From Clostridia bacterium (GTDB lineage Bacteria > Bacillota > Clostridia > Oscillospirales > CAG-272): a stretch of 58,645 nucleotides of DNA. How positions within the stretch are numbered: the first letter of the stretch is position 1; every line of letters begins with the position of its first letter. Both the position numbers and the translations under genes were made by a program. The stretch lies in the NCBI GenBank assembly GCA_017462605.1, contig JAFTQV010000002.1, forward strand, positions 1 through 58,645, read 5' to 3'. This document shows, piece after piece, positions 40,637 to 50,205 of the stretch. Under the pieces are notes generated by a model, which saw only the letters and a program-made list of their open reading frames with translations, did not search any database and was not told where the DNA came from.

Positions 40637-42043
40637 TTAAGTACCCTTGATCTCCTTCATAAGCTTTTTGATATCGCTCTCTGCTTTTATCATAGTTTTT
40701 ATATTCGTTGTGACTCTTTCGCAGGACGCCATAACCGTCGTATGATCACGTGAGAAGATAGCTCCGATCTCCTTATAGGATTTTTCGGTAAGCTTTCTTA
40801 TTATGTAGATAGCCACGTGGCGCGCGTTTGCCACCGTGTCCGTCTTTTTCTTCGACTTCAATTCCTCAACGGATACGCCGTAATACGAAGAAACTGTCGC
40901 GATTATCTTATCAATAAGAATATCAACGGGAATATTGCCGGGATCTATTACGGAGATTACCTCGTCTATAAGAGCCTTTGTTACAGGTGAGTCATTCATT
41001 ATCTTCATCGCGCTGAGTCTCTTTATGACTCCCTCGATCTGGCGTATATTATCGTGAAGCCTTCCCGCCATGTATTCAACGAGGTCGTTTGATATCTCGA
41101 GATTGTAAAGATCGGATTTTTTCTTGATTATCGCCGCGCGAAGCTCGGGGCTCGGGGGCTGAATATCCGCTATAAGTCCGCCCTCAAATCTTGTTCTGAG
41201 TCTGTCCTCGAGAGGCTTTATCTCGTGAGGGGGTCTATCGGACGTAAGAATTATCTGCTTATTTGATTCGTAAAGATAAGAGAAGGTATGGAAAAATTCT
41301 TCCTGAGTCGATACCTTTCCTGCGATAAACTGGATATCGTCAATCAGCAGAACGTCCGCTCCTCTGTATTTTTCCTTAAATTCCTGGGTCGTAGAGGTCG
41401 ATATAGCTGCGATAAGCTCATTCATAAACTCCTCGCACCTCTTGTAAACGATCTTGAGGTGAGGATGCTTTATCTTCATATGATTGATGACTGCGCAAAG
41501 CAGATGAGTCTTACCGAGTCCTGAATTTCCGTGAATAAAAAGAGGGTTGAAATCATTAGCGGGAGTATTAGCTACCGCAAGGCAGGTCGCCTTTGCAAAT
41601 TTATTTGAAGCTCCCTCTATGAAGTTATCGAAGGTATATTCGTCAACAACGCTTTTTTTATCCGAAGCGGTGTCCGCATCCGCATTGATAAGAGAGGTGA
41701 TCTTCTTTTCTCTTTCCTCGTTCTCTCTCGTATCCTCAATGCTGGGAGTCATATTGACAGGCTCGGGATCTCCGAGATTTGCGGAAAGAGATTCGCTCGA
41801 CTCTATTCTGACCTTGACCTCAAAGCCGATTATCGCGGCAAGGGTCTCGGTTATAACGTCCATGTATTTAGAAGAGAGTATTTTTCTTCTAAGCTCTGTG
41901 GGAGTTGTGAAAACAGCTTCCTCGTCGGTTAAAGATGAAAGAACAAAATCACCGAACCAGAGCTTAAAGGTAGACGGAGCCGCGCTTATTCTTTTTTCAA
42001 TTTCGGGTAGCATATCGTCTACTATGCATTGTAACTCGTCCAT
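40637..42043 (-). CDS. dnaA: Chromosomal replication initiator DnaA
   Basis: YTFDNFI.G.SN, NPLFIHG.SGLGKTHL, LLIDDIQF, QEEFFHTF, RDHTTV. Confidence 0.98.
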   Translation of the reverse strand: MDELQCIVDDMLPEIEKRISAAPSTFKLWFGDFVLSSLTDEEAVFTTPTELRRKILSSKYMDVITETLAAIIGFEVKVRIESSESLSANLGDPEPVNMTPSIEDTRENEEREKKITSLINADADTASDKKSVVDEYTFDNFIEGASNKFAKATCLAVANTPANDFNPLFIHGNSGLGKTHLLCAVINHMKIKHPHLKIVYKRCEEFMNELIAAISTSTTQEFKEKYRGADVLLIDDIQFIAGKVSTQEEFFHTFSYLYESNKQIILTSDRPPHEIKPLEDRLRTRFEGGLIADIQPPSPELRAAIIKKKSDLYNLEISNDLVEYMAGRLHDNIRQIEGVIKRLSAMKIMNDSPVTKALIDEVISVIDPGNIPVDILIDKIIATVSSYYGVSVEELKSKKKTDTVANARHVAIYIIRKLTEKSYKEIGAIFSRDHTTVMASCERVTTNIKTMIKAESDIKKLMKEIKGT

Positions 42044-42090
42044 ATATAAGTCCTTTCGCTTAGGTTGGTATTGGCTTTTTTAGAGGTAAG

Positions 42091-42099
42091 TTATCCACT
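42091..42099. promoter_or_regulatory. DnaA box upstream of dnaA
   Basis: TTATCCACT, one mismatch to TTATCCACA. Confidence 0.55.
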
Positions 42100-42261
42100 T
42101 TTCCCCTTAAATATATAATACAGATATATTATAACACATAAATATTTAAAAAGCAAGAAGAAAATGTAAAAAAGTGCTTACAAAATAAAAAACGGAAAAG
42201 GCACATCGGAAAAATGCGCCTATCCGCTTTAAAAAGATAAAAAGCTGTTTTTAAAAAATGA

Positions 42262-42633
42262 TTATCTGCTTCTTTTCGGCTTTCCTTTGAATATGAGGCA
42301 GGCAAGATAACCGAAAATAAGAGCCGCGGTACAGCCCGCCGATGCTGCTGCAAATGGACCCTTGAATATGCCTATGAATCCGAATGAATCCACAGCTTCT
42401 TTGACTCCCTTTGCAACGTTTGCTCCGAAGCCGATTAAGGGAACGGAAATACCCGCGCCCGCAAGCTCAAACAGAGACTCGTAAAGACCAACCGCGCCAA
42501 GAAAAGTACCAAAGCAAACGAGAATGACGAGTATTCTCGCGGGAGTGAGCTTGGTAAGATCGATAAGGACCTGGATCAGCGCGCAAACAATGCCGCCGAC
42601 CAGAAATGCTAAAAAAAGCTTTGATATATCCAT
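42262..42633 (-). CDS. spoVAE: Stage V sporulation protein AE (SpoVAEb)
   Basis: AFLVGG.VC...Q.LID.TKLTPARILV, AGAG.SVPL.GFG. Confidence 0.9.
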   Translation of the reverse strand: MDISKLFLAFLVGGIVCALIQVLIDLTKLTPARILVILVCFGTFLGAVGLYESLFELAGAGISVPLIGFGANVAKGVKEAVDSFGFIGIFKGPFAAASAGCTAALIFGYLACLIFKGKPKRSR

Positions 42634-43643
42634 TACAAATCCTCTCCTTCAATAACTATAAGCGGCGCGACTCCTAAAATGTGATCCCCTTGACCAACGC
42701 TTCCGGTGCTCATAAGAGCGCCCGTTGAAAGGAGAGCTATTCTTTTATACTCACCCGATTTTACCTTTGGTAATATAAGTGAAGATAAGACCGAAGCCGA
42801 GCAGCCGCAGCCCGATCCGCCCGCATGCATATCCTGATTTTTAAGATCGTACAAGAGAAGACCTGCGTCCTTGTGGAGAGAAGATATCGTCCTTCCGTTT
42901 TCACCGAGCTTTTCGCATAGCATCTCCTCGAGAATAGAGCTGCCGACAGAGCCAAGATCCCCCGTAAGAATAAGATCAAAGCGCGAAGGATCGTTTTCAC
43001 TGAAATAAGCGGCGATCGAATCGTAGGCGGCGAGTGCCATTGCGGAGCCCATATTGGATTGATCCTTCACGTAGCCGTCTATAACTCTTCCCGGCATAAA
43101 AGATGTGATCTTTATATCGCTTTTTTCCTTACCGAGGATAAATGCGCCCGCGGCGGTTGCAGTCCATTGCGAGGTAGGCGTTCTCTGAGCACCGTATTCG
43201 ATGGGAGTTCTGAATTGCCTTTCGGCAGCGCAGTTATGAGAGGATGTGACCGAAGCGCCGCGAGAGTAGTTTTTTGATGCCGTCAGCATAGCTGTTAGGA
43301 CTAAAAGACCTTCAGTGCAGGTAGAGCAAGCTCCGTAAAGACCGAGAAAGGGAATACCAAAGGTGAAAAGTCCGCCCGAGGATGCGACGCACTGGTTCTG
43401 CAGATCTCCCGCAACGAGGATGTCAAGATCATCGGGAGAGAGCTTATTTTTATTTAGAGCGATATTGAGCGCTAAGCGGCTCATCTCTCCCTCGGCTCTT
43501 TCCCAGGTCTTCATGCCGAAAAGATCTTTTTCGTCTATAAGGTCGAATTTATCTCCGAGAGGACCTCTTGATTCTTCGAGGCCGCCGACCGCGGAAAAGC
43601 TTTCAATGTAAACGGGTTTATCAAGATAGGTTATTTTTTGCAT
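42633..43643 (-). CDS. spoVAD: Stage V sporulation protein AD
   Basis: GDLQNQ, GLYGACST, AERQFR.P.EYG.QR, GGSGCGCSA. Confidence 0.95.
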   Translation of the reverse strand: MQKITYLDKPVYIESFSAVGGLEESRGPLGDKFDLIDEKDLFGMKTWERAEGEMSRLALNIALNKNKLSPDDLDILVAGDLQNQCVASSGGLFTFGIPFLGLYGACSTCTEGLLVLTAMLTASKNYSRGASVTSSHNCAAERQFRTPIEYGAQRTPTSQWTATAAGAFILGKEKSDIKITSFMPGRVIDGYVKDQSNMGSAMALAAYDSIAAYFSENDPSRFDLILTGDLGSVGSSILEEMLCEKLGENGRTISSLHKDAGLLLYDLKNQDMHAGGSGCGCSASVLSSLILPKVKSGEYKRIALLSTGALMSTGSVGQGDHILGVAPLIVIEGEDL

Positions 43644-43659
43644 ACGCAGAGTCTCTCCT

Positions 43660-44103
43660 TTAAATAAACAAAGTCAGAAAATAGTATATGAGACCGTAAA
43701 TAAAGCCCGATATAAGAGAGAAAAGTATAACGGGTCCCGCAACGGTGAATATCTTCGCGCCTACTCCAAGAACGTATCCCTCGGCCTTGTTGTCTATCGC
43801 GCAGGAGACAACGGAGTTTGCAAAACCCGTGACAGGGACGAGAGTTCCCGCTCCTGCATGTCTTGCGATCTTATCAAATACTCCAAGACCCGTCATAAGC
43901 GCAGAAATAAGTATAAGAGTAATAGTGACCCAAATATAAACGTCCTCGCTTTTTACACCTAAAAGTAAATAAATATTAGCAATTATCTCCCCAAATAAAC
44001 AAATTATACCGCCAAACAAAAAAGCAGATAAGGTGTTTTTTAGAAGCTTTGAATGAGGAGAATGCACCTTAACTCTTCTTTTATAAGACTCTGAATTTTC
44101 CAT
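43660..44103 (-). CDS. spoVAC: Stage V sporulation protein AC
   Basis: AGAGTLVPVTGFANSV, EGYVLGVGAKIFTVAGPVI. Confidence 0.93.
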   Translation of the reverse strand: MENSESYKRRVKVHSPHSKLLKNTLSAFLFGGIICLFGEIIANIYLLLGVKSEDVYIWVTITLILISALMTGLGVFDKIARHAGAGTLVPVTGFANSVVSCAIDNKAEGYVLGVGAKIFTVAGPVILFSLISGFIYGLIYYFLTLFI

Positions 44104-44134
44104 AGTAAACCTCTTTACACCGTTTTATTATGGG

Positions 44135-44164
44135 TATTATTGGATGTTTTTTTGAAAAATATTC
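44135..44164 (-). promoter_or_regulatory. SigG-like forespore promoter for spoVA
   Basis: Minus strand GAATA-18bp-AATAATA; spoVA is SigG-controlled in characterised spore formers. Confidence 0.55.
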
Positions 44165-44189
44165 AGAAAAAAGAGACGAAAAAATTGTA

Positions 44190-44218
44190 TTGACAAAATA
44201 TATAAAAGTAAGTATAAT
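44190..44218 (+). promoter_or_regulatory. Consensus SigA promoter
   Basis: TTGACA-17bp-TATAAT. Confidence 0.75.
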
Positions 44219-44239
44219 AAAATGCAGGAGGTAATTGCT

Positions 44240-44704
44240 ATGGAGAATAATGATTTTGAGCGCCTGCCGGCAAGCGGAGATAATCTTTATAATGAAAAGA
44301 ACGACTCGGTCATAGTCCCCGATTCTTACTATTCGGATCTTACCGAGATAAAGAAGAACGAGGAAGAGCGCTACGATGAGGTATTTGACAGCGCAAAGCC
44401 GAGGACTCTCGGTTGGTCAATAGCTTCAATGGTGCTTGGCATAATATCCGTGCTTTACGGTTTTATAGGCTGGGTAGGACTTATAATAGGAGCTGTCGCA
44501 ATAGCTCTTGCTATAGTTTCGAGAGTGAGACTCGGATATTTCAACAGTATGGCGATAGCGGGACTTCTTCTCGGCATATTCGGAGTTGTCTTCGGCGCGT
44601 TTTACCTCGTTATCAGCTCTATATTTGGTATAGACGGTATTTTTGATATGTTTTCGGGAGTTTCCGATAATGTGGGAGACAACGGAACTATAACTGATAT
44701 ATAA
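44240..44704 (+). CDS. DUF4190-like small membrane protein
   Basis: AGGAGG RBS; SIASMVLGIIS...AIAGLLLGIFG pattern. Confidence 0.75.
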   Translation: MENNDFERLPASGDNLYNEKNDSVIVPDSYYSDLTEIKKNEEERYDEVFDSAKPRTLGWSIASMVLGIISVLYGFIGWVGLIIGAVAIALAIVSRVRLGYFNSMAIAGLLLGIFGVVFGAFYLVISSIFGIDGIFDMFSGVSDNVGDNGTITDI

Positions 44705-44730
44705 TTCAGGATAAAATAAAGGAGAATTAG

Positions 44731-46485
44731 ATGAACATCGTTTTAAGCTTGCTTTGCGGTCTCGCACTCTTCCTTTACGGAATGGACGTTATGGGCGAGT
44801 CGCTCAAAAAAAGCGCAGGTACAAGACTTAAACAAATACTGGAAAAAATGACCTCAAACCCCTTTAAGGGATTTCTTTTGGGTCTCGGTGTAACCGCGAT
44901 CATTCAGTCCTCGTCTGCGACGACGGTAATGGTCGTCGGCTTCGTTAACTCGGGAACGATGACCCTTCTTCAATCGGTAGGCGTTATCATGGGAGCAAAC
45001 GTGGGAACGGCGGTCACCGCGTGGCTCACGGCAATGTCGGGAATAGGAAGCGACGGCGTTAATGAAGCTCTCGGTATTATCGAATGGCTTAAGCCCGATT
45101 CCTGGATGCCCATTCTTGCCGTAATAGGCATATGCCTCGTGATGTTCTCAAAAAGAGGAAAGAAAAAGGATATAGGAGCTATTCTTCTCGGATTTTCGAT
45201 CCTTATGGTCGGTATGTCTATGATGTCCGACTCCGTTAAGGATATCCCCGAGGAGTCCTTGAAATCGATCCTCACAATGTTTGAAAATCCTATACTCGGA
45301 GTTCTTGCGGGATGCCTCCTTACCTGCATAGTTCAGTCCTCATCCGCATCTATCGGTATTCTTCAGTCTCTTACCGTTACGGGCGCCGTATCCTACGGTA
45401 TGGCGATCCCGCTTATTATGGGTCAGAATATAGGTACTTGTATAACGGCGATCCTCTCGTCTTTGGGAGCAAGCAGAAACGGAAAGAGAGCCGCGTGCAT
45501 TCACCTCTTCTTCAACGTTATAGGAGTTGTTGTCTTGCTTTCGGTATTCTCAATATTCAATGCGATATTCAAATTCCCGTTTGTCGCGGGAGCTATCGAT
45601 ATGTGGGGCATATCTCTTGTGCATACCGTCTTCAAGCTTATGACGGTTGCGCTCATCTTCCCCTTCCATAAGCTTCTCGTCACACTTACTAATCTTGTTA
45701 TTAAAGATAAAAAGGATGAAAGAGAAAAGACAAATCTTCTTGATGAAAGACTTTTCGAAACTCCCGGTGTTGCTGTCGGAGCGGCTACGTCCGTCACCGT
45801 TGCTATGGCTAAGATCTCTGCGGACGCGCTTAAAAAATCGCTCGAGGTATTCAATAGCTATGACGTCAAGCTTGCCGATGAGGTAAGAGATCTCGAGAGT
45901 AAGGCTGATACTTACGAGGACCTTCTCGGCTCGTATCTTGTCAAGCTCTCGTCCTACGATATGAATGAGCAGGATTCAAATCAGATAACGAAGCTTCTGC
46001 ATATTATAGGAGATTTCGAGAGAATTTCCGATCACGCCGTCAATATAGTCGAATCGGCAGAGGAAATGAAGGATAAGAAGCTTGACTTTTCAAGCGAAGC
46101 AAAGCATCAGATATCGGTTATGGTAAAGGCTATCGGAGATATCGTTGAGATGACGTACAGTGCCTTTGCTAATAATGACGTTAAGCTTGCTGAGCAGATA
46201 GAGCCCCTTGAAGAGGTTGTGGACAGGCTTCGCGATGAGATCAAGAGAGGCCACGTCATAAGACTTCAGAAGAGCGAGTGCGATATAGAGCATGGCTTCG
46301 TTCTCTCGGATCTTCTCAATGATTTTGAAAGAGTATCCGACCACTGCTCCAACGTTGGCAGCTGTGTTGTTGAGATCTCGAAGTATGACGATCTCAGTAT
46401 GCATAAATACACCGATAATGTAAAGGCAAACAGAGATGTCTTTGAAGAAACTGTAAATGAATATATGAAGAAGTATAGCTTCTGA
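44731..46485 (+). CDS. Na/Pi cotransporter family protein with PhoU-like C-terminal domains
   Basis: QSSSATT, GANVGT, GQNIGTC, two ER.SDH repeats. Confidence 0.92.
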   Translation: MNIVLSLLCGLALFLYGMDVMGESLKKSAGTRLKQILEKMTSNPFKGFLLGLGVTAIIQSSSATTVMVVGFVNSGTMTLLQSVGVIMGANVGTAVTAWLTAMSGIGSDGVNEALGIIEWLKPDSWMPILAVIGICLVMFSKRGKKKDIGAILLGFSILMVGMSMMSDSVKDIPEESLKSILTMFENPILGVLAGCLLTCIVQSSSASIGILQSLTVTGAVSYGMAIPLIMGQNIGTCITAILSSLGASRNGKRAACIHLFFNVIGVVVLLSVFSIFNAIFKFPFVAGAIDMWGISLVHTVFKLMTVALIFPFHKLLVTLTNLVIKDKKDEREKTNLLDERLFETPGVAVGAATSVTVAMAKISADALKKSLEVFNSYDVKLADEVRDLESKADTYEDLLGSYLVKLSSYDMNEQDSNQITKLLHIIGDFERISDHAVNIVESAEEMKDKKLDFSSEAKHQISVMVKAIGDIVEMTYSAFANNDVKLAEQIEPLEEVVDRLRDEIKRGHVIRLQKSECDIEHGFVLSDLLNDFERVSDHCSNVGSCVVEISKYDDLSMHKYTDNVKANRDVFEETVNEYMKKYSF

Positions 46486-46486
46486 T

Positions 46487-46560
46487 AAAAAATAAAAAAG
46501 CAAGAATTTGCAAATGATAGTTGTCATTATCAAATACATTTTCTTGCTTTTTATTTTTTT
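46487..46560. terminator. Bidirectional terminator
   Basis: aaaaataaaaaagcaagaa / ttcttgctttttatttttt between convergent genes. Confidence 0.65.
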
Positions 46561-46570
46561 GATCAGTTTA

Positions 46571-47434
46571 TTAATCCTCGTGATTTTCGATAGAAGCATC
46601 AACTTTATTTTTCTTTAAAAGCTTTTTTAGCCTTTCATTGTTTTCTTTGATATCGCCAAGGTAGAAGGATATTAAAAAGCCTATCGGTACTAAGATAAAC
46701 GCAATGGCTGTGCCGAGAGATAGAGAGGGGATGCAGCTCTCGTTCATTACTCCCGGAATTATGGATATAAAAAGTCCGAAGATGACCGAGAAGGTCACGG
46801 TATAGAACCTTTTCAAAAGAAGATTCATCAGAACCGAGACGAGAAGCGCGCCGAAGGCAAGTCCGATAGCCGCAGGCAGAAGTATCTTGAAGTTCAGATC
46901 GGCAAGCGCGCCGACGTAGGTTTCGTAAAGCCCGAGGGCGGAGAGTATCACCGCGCTGTCAACTCCGGGTATGATATATGATGCGGCGACCGCAAAGCCG
47001 AGAAGTACAGACTGAATAAAGTTCGGCTCGGAGACTGAAGGCAAAAGACCTCTTCCAAATATGGTGAAGGCAAGCCCCAAAACGGCAACGCCGCCGACTA
47101 AAAAATAGTATTTATTTGACCAGCCGCATTTTTTGACCTCTTTATAGAAAAGGGGCAGAGTGCCGAGGACAAGACCCAAGAAAAGATATCTCGTTTGCAT
47201 CTCGAAGGTCTCGAGAGCAAAGTCAACGAGCTTGCTGAAAAGCAGAACTCCAACGCCGAAGCCTAAAAATAGCGGGACGAGAAAAAGCACGTTTTTCTTG
47301 AATTCCTTAAAAATAGTGCCTATGGCGTTTATGGTTTTTTCGTAAAGACCGAAAATAACGAGAAGGACGCTGCCGCTGAGACCGGGAGCGATACCCCCCA
47401 TTCCAACAACTATGCCCTTAAGGAAATTTTTCAT
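46571..47434 (-). CDS. DUF368 family membrane protein (undecaprenyl-phosphate recycling family)
   Basis: KG..VG.GGIAPGLSG and IIPGVD motifs. Confidence 0.88.
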   Translation of the reverse strand: MKNFLKGIVVGMGGIAPGLSGSVLLVIFGLYEKTINAIGTIFKEFKKNVLFLVPLFLGFGVGVLLFSKLVDFALETFEMQTRYLFLGLVLGTLPLFYKEVKKCGWSNKYYFLVGGVAVLGLAFTIFGRGLLPSVSEPNFIQSVLLGFAVAASYIIPGVDSAVILSALGLYETYVGALADLNFKILLPAAIGLAFGALLVSVLMNLLLKRFYTVTFSVIFGLFISIIPGVMNESCIPSLSLGTAIAFILVPIGFLISFYLGDIKENNERLKKLLKKNKVDASIENHED

Positions 47435-47616
47435 TTTAATCTCCCTTTAAAGTAAAATACGTTAAGATGATAACATATTTTTTGCCCTTTGTCAACAAAG
47501 TAAAAAAAGCTTAGAAAAATATTTAAAAAAGCCTTGACTTTTACCACTCTCGGTGCTATATTATTGATTTGGTAAATACGGACTATTATATATATGAAAG
47601 AAGGCGACGGTAAAAG

Positions 47617-48960
47617 ATGTCAGAAACAGCCGTAATTTTAATAACTCTCTCGATAGCTCTGCTCTCGGGACTCTTACTTTCAAGAGTAATGAAAAAGCTC
47701 CAGCTCCCTGCGGTCACAGCGTATCTCATCGCAGGAGTTCTTATAGGACCTTATCTTCTCGGTTCTTTAGGCTTTGGATTCAATGCGGATAGCAATGCGC
47801 CCGAAAAATATTCTATCCTTTGCGATCTCGCTCTTGGATTTATTGCCTTTGCGATAGGAAATGAATTCAGAGTAAGCCAGCTTAAGAAGATAGGCAAGCA
47901 GGCAACCGTTATAGGTATTTTGCAGGCTGTGGTCACAACGGTGGTGACGGATGCGGTTCTTATAGCCCTCTCCTTTATTCTTCCCGACGGTATGCTTCCC
48001 ATTCCTGCCGCAATAATTCTCGGCGCTGTCGCAACCGCAACCGCGCCCGCCGCGACCCTCATGGTCGTGCGCCAGTATAAAGCAAAGGGACCTGTTACGG
48101 ATATTCTTCTTCCCGTCGTTGCGCTTGACGATGCGGTAGGTCTCGTTGTATTTGCTATCTCATTCGGCGTTGCGGATGCTATCAATACGGGAACGGTAGA
48201 CGCCGTATCTATGATAGTCAATCCTCTGATCGAGGTAATTGTCTCGCTTGTACTCGGAGCGGCTATGGGCTTTTTGTTTAACCTTTGCGAAAGATTATTC
48301 CATTCAAGATCGAAGAGAATGGCAGTCTCGGTCACCTTCGTTATGCTCACGGTTGCGATATCCTCGCTTAAGTTTGATAACCTTCCCGGCGGAATACATA
48401 TACATTTCTCCTCGCTTCTTGCATGCATGATGCTCGGAACGATATTCTGCAATATCTGCGATTTCTCAGAGGAGCTTATGGCGAGAGCGGATAGATGGAC
48501 GGCGCCTCTTCTTATACTCTTCTTCGTTATCAGCGGAGCAGAGCTTAAGCTTGACGTATTCCTTAACTGGGTATTCGTCGTTATCGGCGTTGTATATATT
48601 ATCGCAAGATCCTTCGGTAAGATGTTTGGCGCGACGGTTAGCGCTAAGCTTATGAAGGCAGACGATAATGTTGTTAAGTATCTCGGTATAACCCTTCTGC
48701 CTCAAGCAGGAGTAGCTCTCGGAATGGCAAGCCAGGCATTGCTCTTTGGCGGCGAGGTCGGAACGCTGGTCCAGAGCATAACTCTTTTCGCGGTCCTCAT
48801 CTATGAGCTTGTCGGTCCCTTCCTCACCAAGGTAGCTCTGACCAAGGCGGGCGATATACAGTCTGAGGGCAAGGTCAGCGCAAGAGAGGAAGCAAGAATA
48901 CAGATAGAAGAGAAAAAGCATAAGTCTCATTCGGAAAAGAGACATTTCAGATTAAGATAA
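47617..48960 (+). CDS. Cation:proton antiporter (CPA2-like)
   Basis: LPAVT.Y, ATAPAAT, VALDDA, PQAGVALG motifs; about 12 TM helices. Confidence 0.9.
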   Translation: MSETAVILITLSIALLSGLLLSRVMKKLQLPAVTAYLIAGVLIGPYLLGSLGFGFNADSNAPEKYSILCDLALGFIAFAIGNEFRVSQLKKIGKQATVIGILQAVVTTVVTDAVLIALSFILPDGMLPIPAAIILGAVATATAPAATLMVVRQYKAKGPVTDILLPVVALDDAVGLVVFAISFGVADAINTGTVDAVSMIVNPLIEVIVSLVLGAAMGFLFNLCERLFHSRSKRMAVSVTFVMLTVAISSLKFDNLPGGIHIHFSSLLACMMLGTIFCNICDFSEELMARADRWTAPLLILFFVISGAELKLDVFLNWVFVVIGVVYIIARSFGKMFGATVSAKLMKADDNVVKYLGITLLPQAGVALGMASQALLFGGEVGTLVQSITLFAVLIYELVGPFLTKVALTKAGDIQSEGKVSAREEARIQIEEKKHKSHSEKRHFRLR

Positions 48961-48968
48961 AAATAAAA

Positions 48969-49211
48969 TTATTTGTCACTTAAAAGCCATTCGGGAGAAA
49001 CGCCGAGAATTTCGGATAACACCAAAAGCTCGTAATCCGCAACGAATCGCGTGCCTATCTCGATCCTGCTAACACTATCCCTCTCTATATTTATTCCTTC
49101 TGTCTGAAGCTTCGCGGCAAGATTTTCCTGCGATAACTTTAATCTTTTTCTCGCTTCTTTTATTTTCTTTCCGCAAATGTTTTTCTTACCGTTATAATCG
49201 TATATTTTCAT
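48969..49211 (-). CDS. XRE-family HTH regulator, downstream of AraC 2
   Basis: KNICG..IK.AR....SQE.LAAKLQ..G...SRIE.G.RFV.DYEL. Confidence 0.85.
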   Translation of the reverse strand: MKIYDYNGKKNICGKKIKEARKRLKLSQENLAAKLQTEGINIERDSVSRIEIGTRFVADYELLVLSEILGVSPEWLLSDK

Positions 49212-49226
49212 GTTTTTCTCGTTTTC

Positions 49227-50030
49227 TTAAATATAGTCGCCTTTTCTGTATTCTCCGGGGGTCAAGCCTGTCTCGGCGAGAAAGGCTCTGTGAAAGCTTC
49301 TTTCGCCCGAAAAGCCGCATTCGAGCGCAATGTCTATCATTTTAAAATCGGTTTTCTTTAAAAGAGACATAGCAAAGTCGATACGGAAGGAGTTAAGCAG
49401 CTGCCTGAAATTCATATTGTAAAGCGAGCTTATACACCTTGAAACGTATGCGGGATGATATCCGAGAGCCGCTCCTACCGATTCTCTTGAAATGTCCTCT
49501 CTTGCATGGGAATTAATATATAAAAGGATAGAGGTGAGCGCATCGCCTCGGTATCTCTTTTCGCTCGGCTCGGCAGAAGAGAGAAATTCTTCCATAATAG
49601 GGAAGAGAAGCGCCTTATAGAATCTGTTCGTTCTTTTTTCTTGTGAAACGAAAAGCTCCTTGTTATCGGGGAGCTTCTTTTTTATGTATTCAAAAAGCCC
49701 GTCCGAGAGCTTGAATTTAAAGTTTCTCCAGCCTGCAAGCAGCTCCGAGTCGGAGACAAGAGCATTGATATAGCTATTGGAGAAGACGCATATCCAGATC
49801 TTCACCCGATCAGCACTTTTGTATGAATGCGCCTTGAAGGGAGATATAAATATAGCCTCGCCGGGTCTTACGGTGGTTTTCTCTTTGTCAACCGTCACCG
49901 TTATTTCATTCTCTAAAACTATAAGAAGCTCGTTGTATTGATGAAGGTGAGAGTCAAAGCAATACTTCTCGTTCTTTATTCCGCATTTTAAATTCTCACC
50001 CGAGCCGAAATTAGTCGTTTGTATTCTCAT
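49227..50030 (-). CDS. AraC-family regulator, paralog of 5474-6295
   Basis: Q..NFG start, SHLHQYNEL, DIALECGFSGERSFHRAF..TGLTPGEYR. Confidence 0.93.
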   Translation of the reverse strand: MRIQTTNFGSGENLKCGIKNEKYCFDSHLHQYNELLIVLENEITVTVDKEKTTVRPGEAIFISPFKAHSYKSADRVKIWICVFSNSYINALVSDSELLAGWRNFKFKLSDGLFEYIKKKLPDNKELFVSQEKRTNRFYKALLFPIMEEFLSSAEPSEKRYRGDALTSILLYINSHAREDISRESVGAALGYHPAYVSRCISSLYNMNFRQLLNSFRIDFAMSLLKKTDFKMIDIALECGFSGERSFHRAFLAETGLTPGEYRKGDYI

Positions 50031-50063
50031 TTTTTCTTCCTCATCAAAAACTAAAAGGTTACA

Positions 50064-50119
50064 TTTTGTCAGTAATTATAACACTTTTGTCATACGAAGT
50101 CAATTACGTATGATAAAAT
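50064..50119 (+). promoter_or_regulatory. Putative AraC operator (TTGTCA direct repeat, 21-bp period) plus extended -10
   Basis: TTGTCA at 50066 and 50087, then TGATAAAAT at 50111-19. Confidence 0.6.
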
Positions 50120-50205
50120 AAATATGAAGAAAGAAACAATATTTCTTTTTGCTTGTTAATATTGCACAAAAATATTTGGTAAAAATGCATTTTCAGGAGG
50201 AAATT

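Noticed and set aside
50149-50205. TTG start for giant protein 3
   Set aside because: AGGAGG precedes the ATG at 50206, which gives a proper signal peptide.
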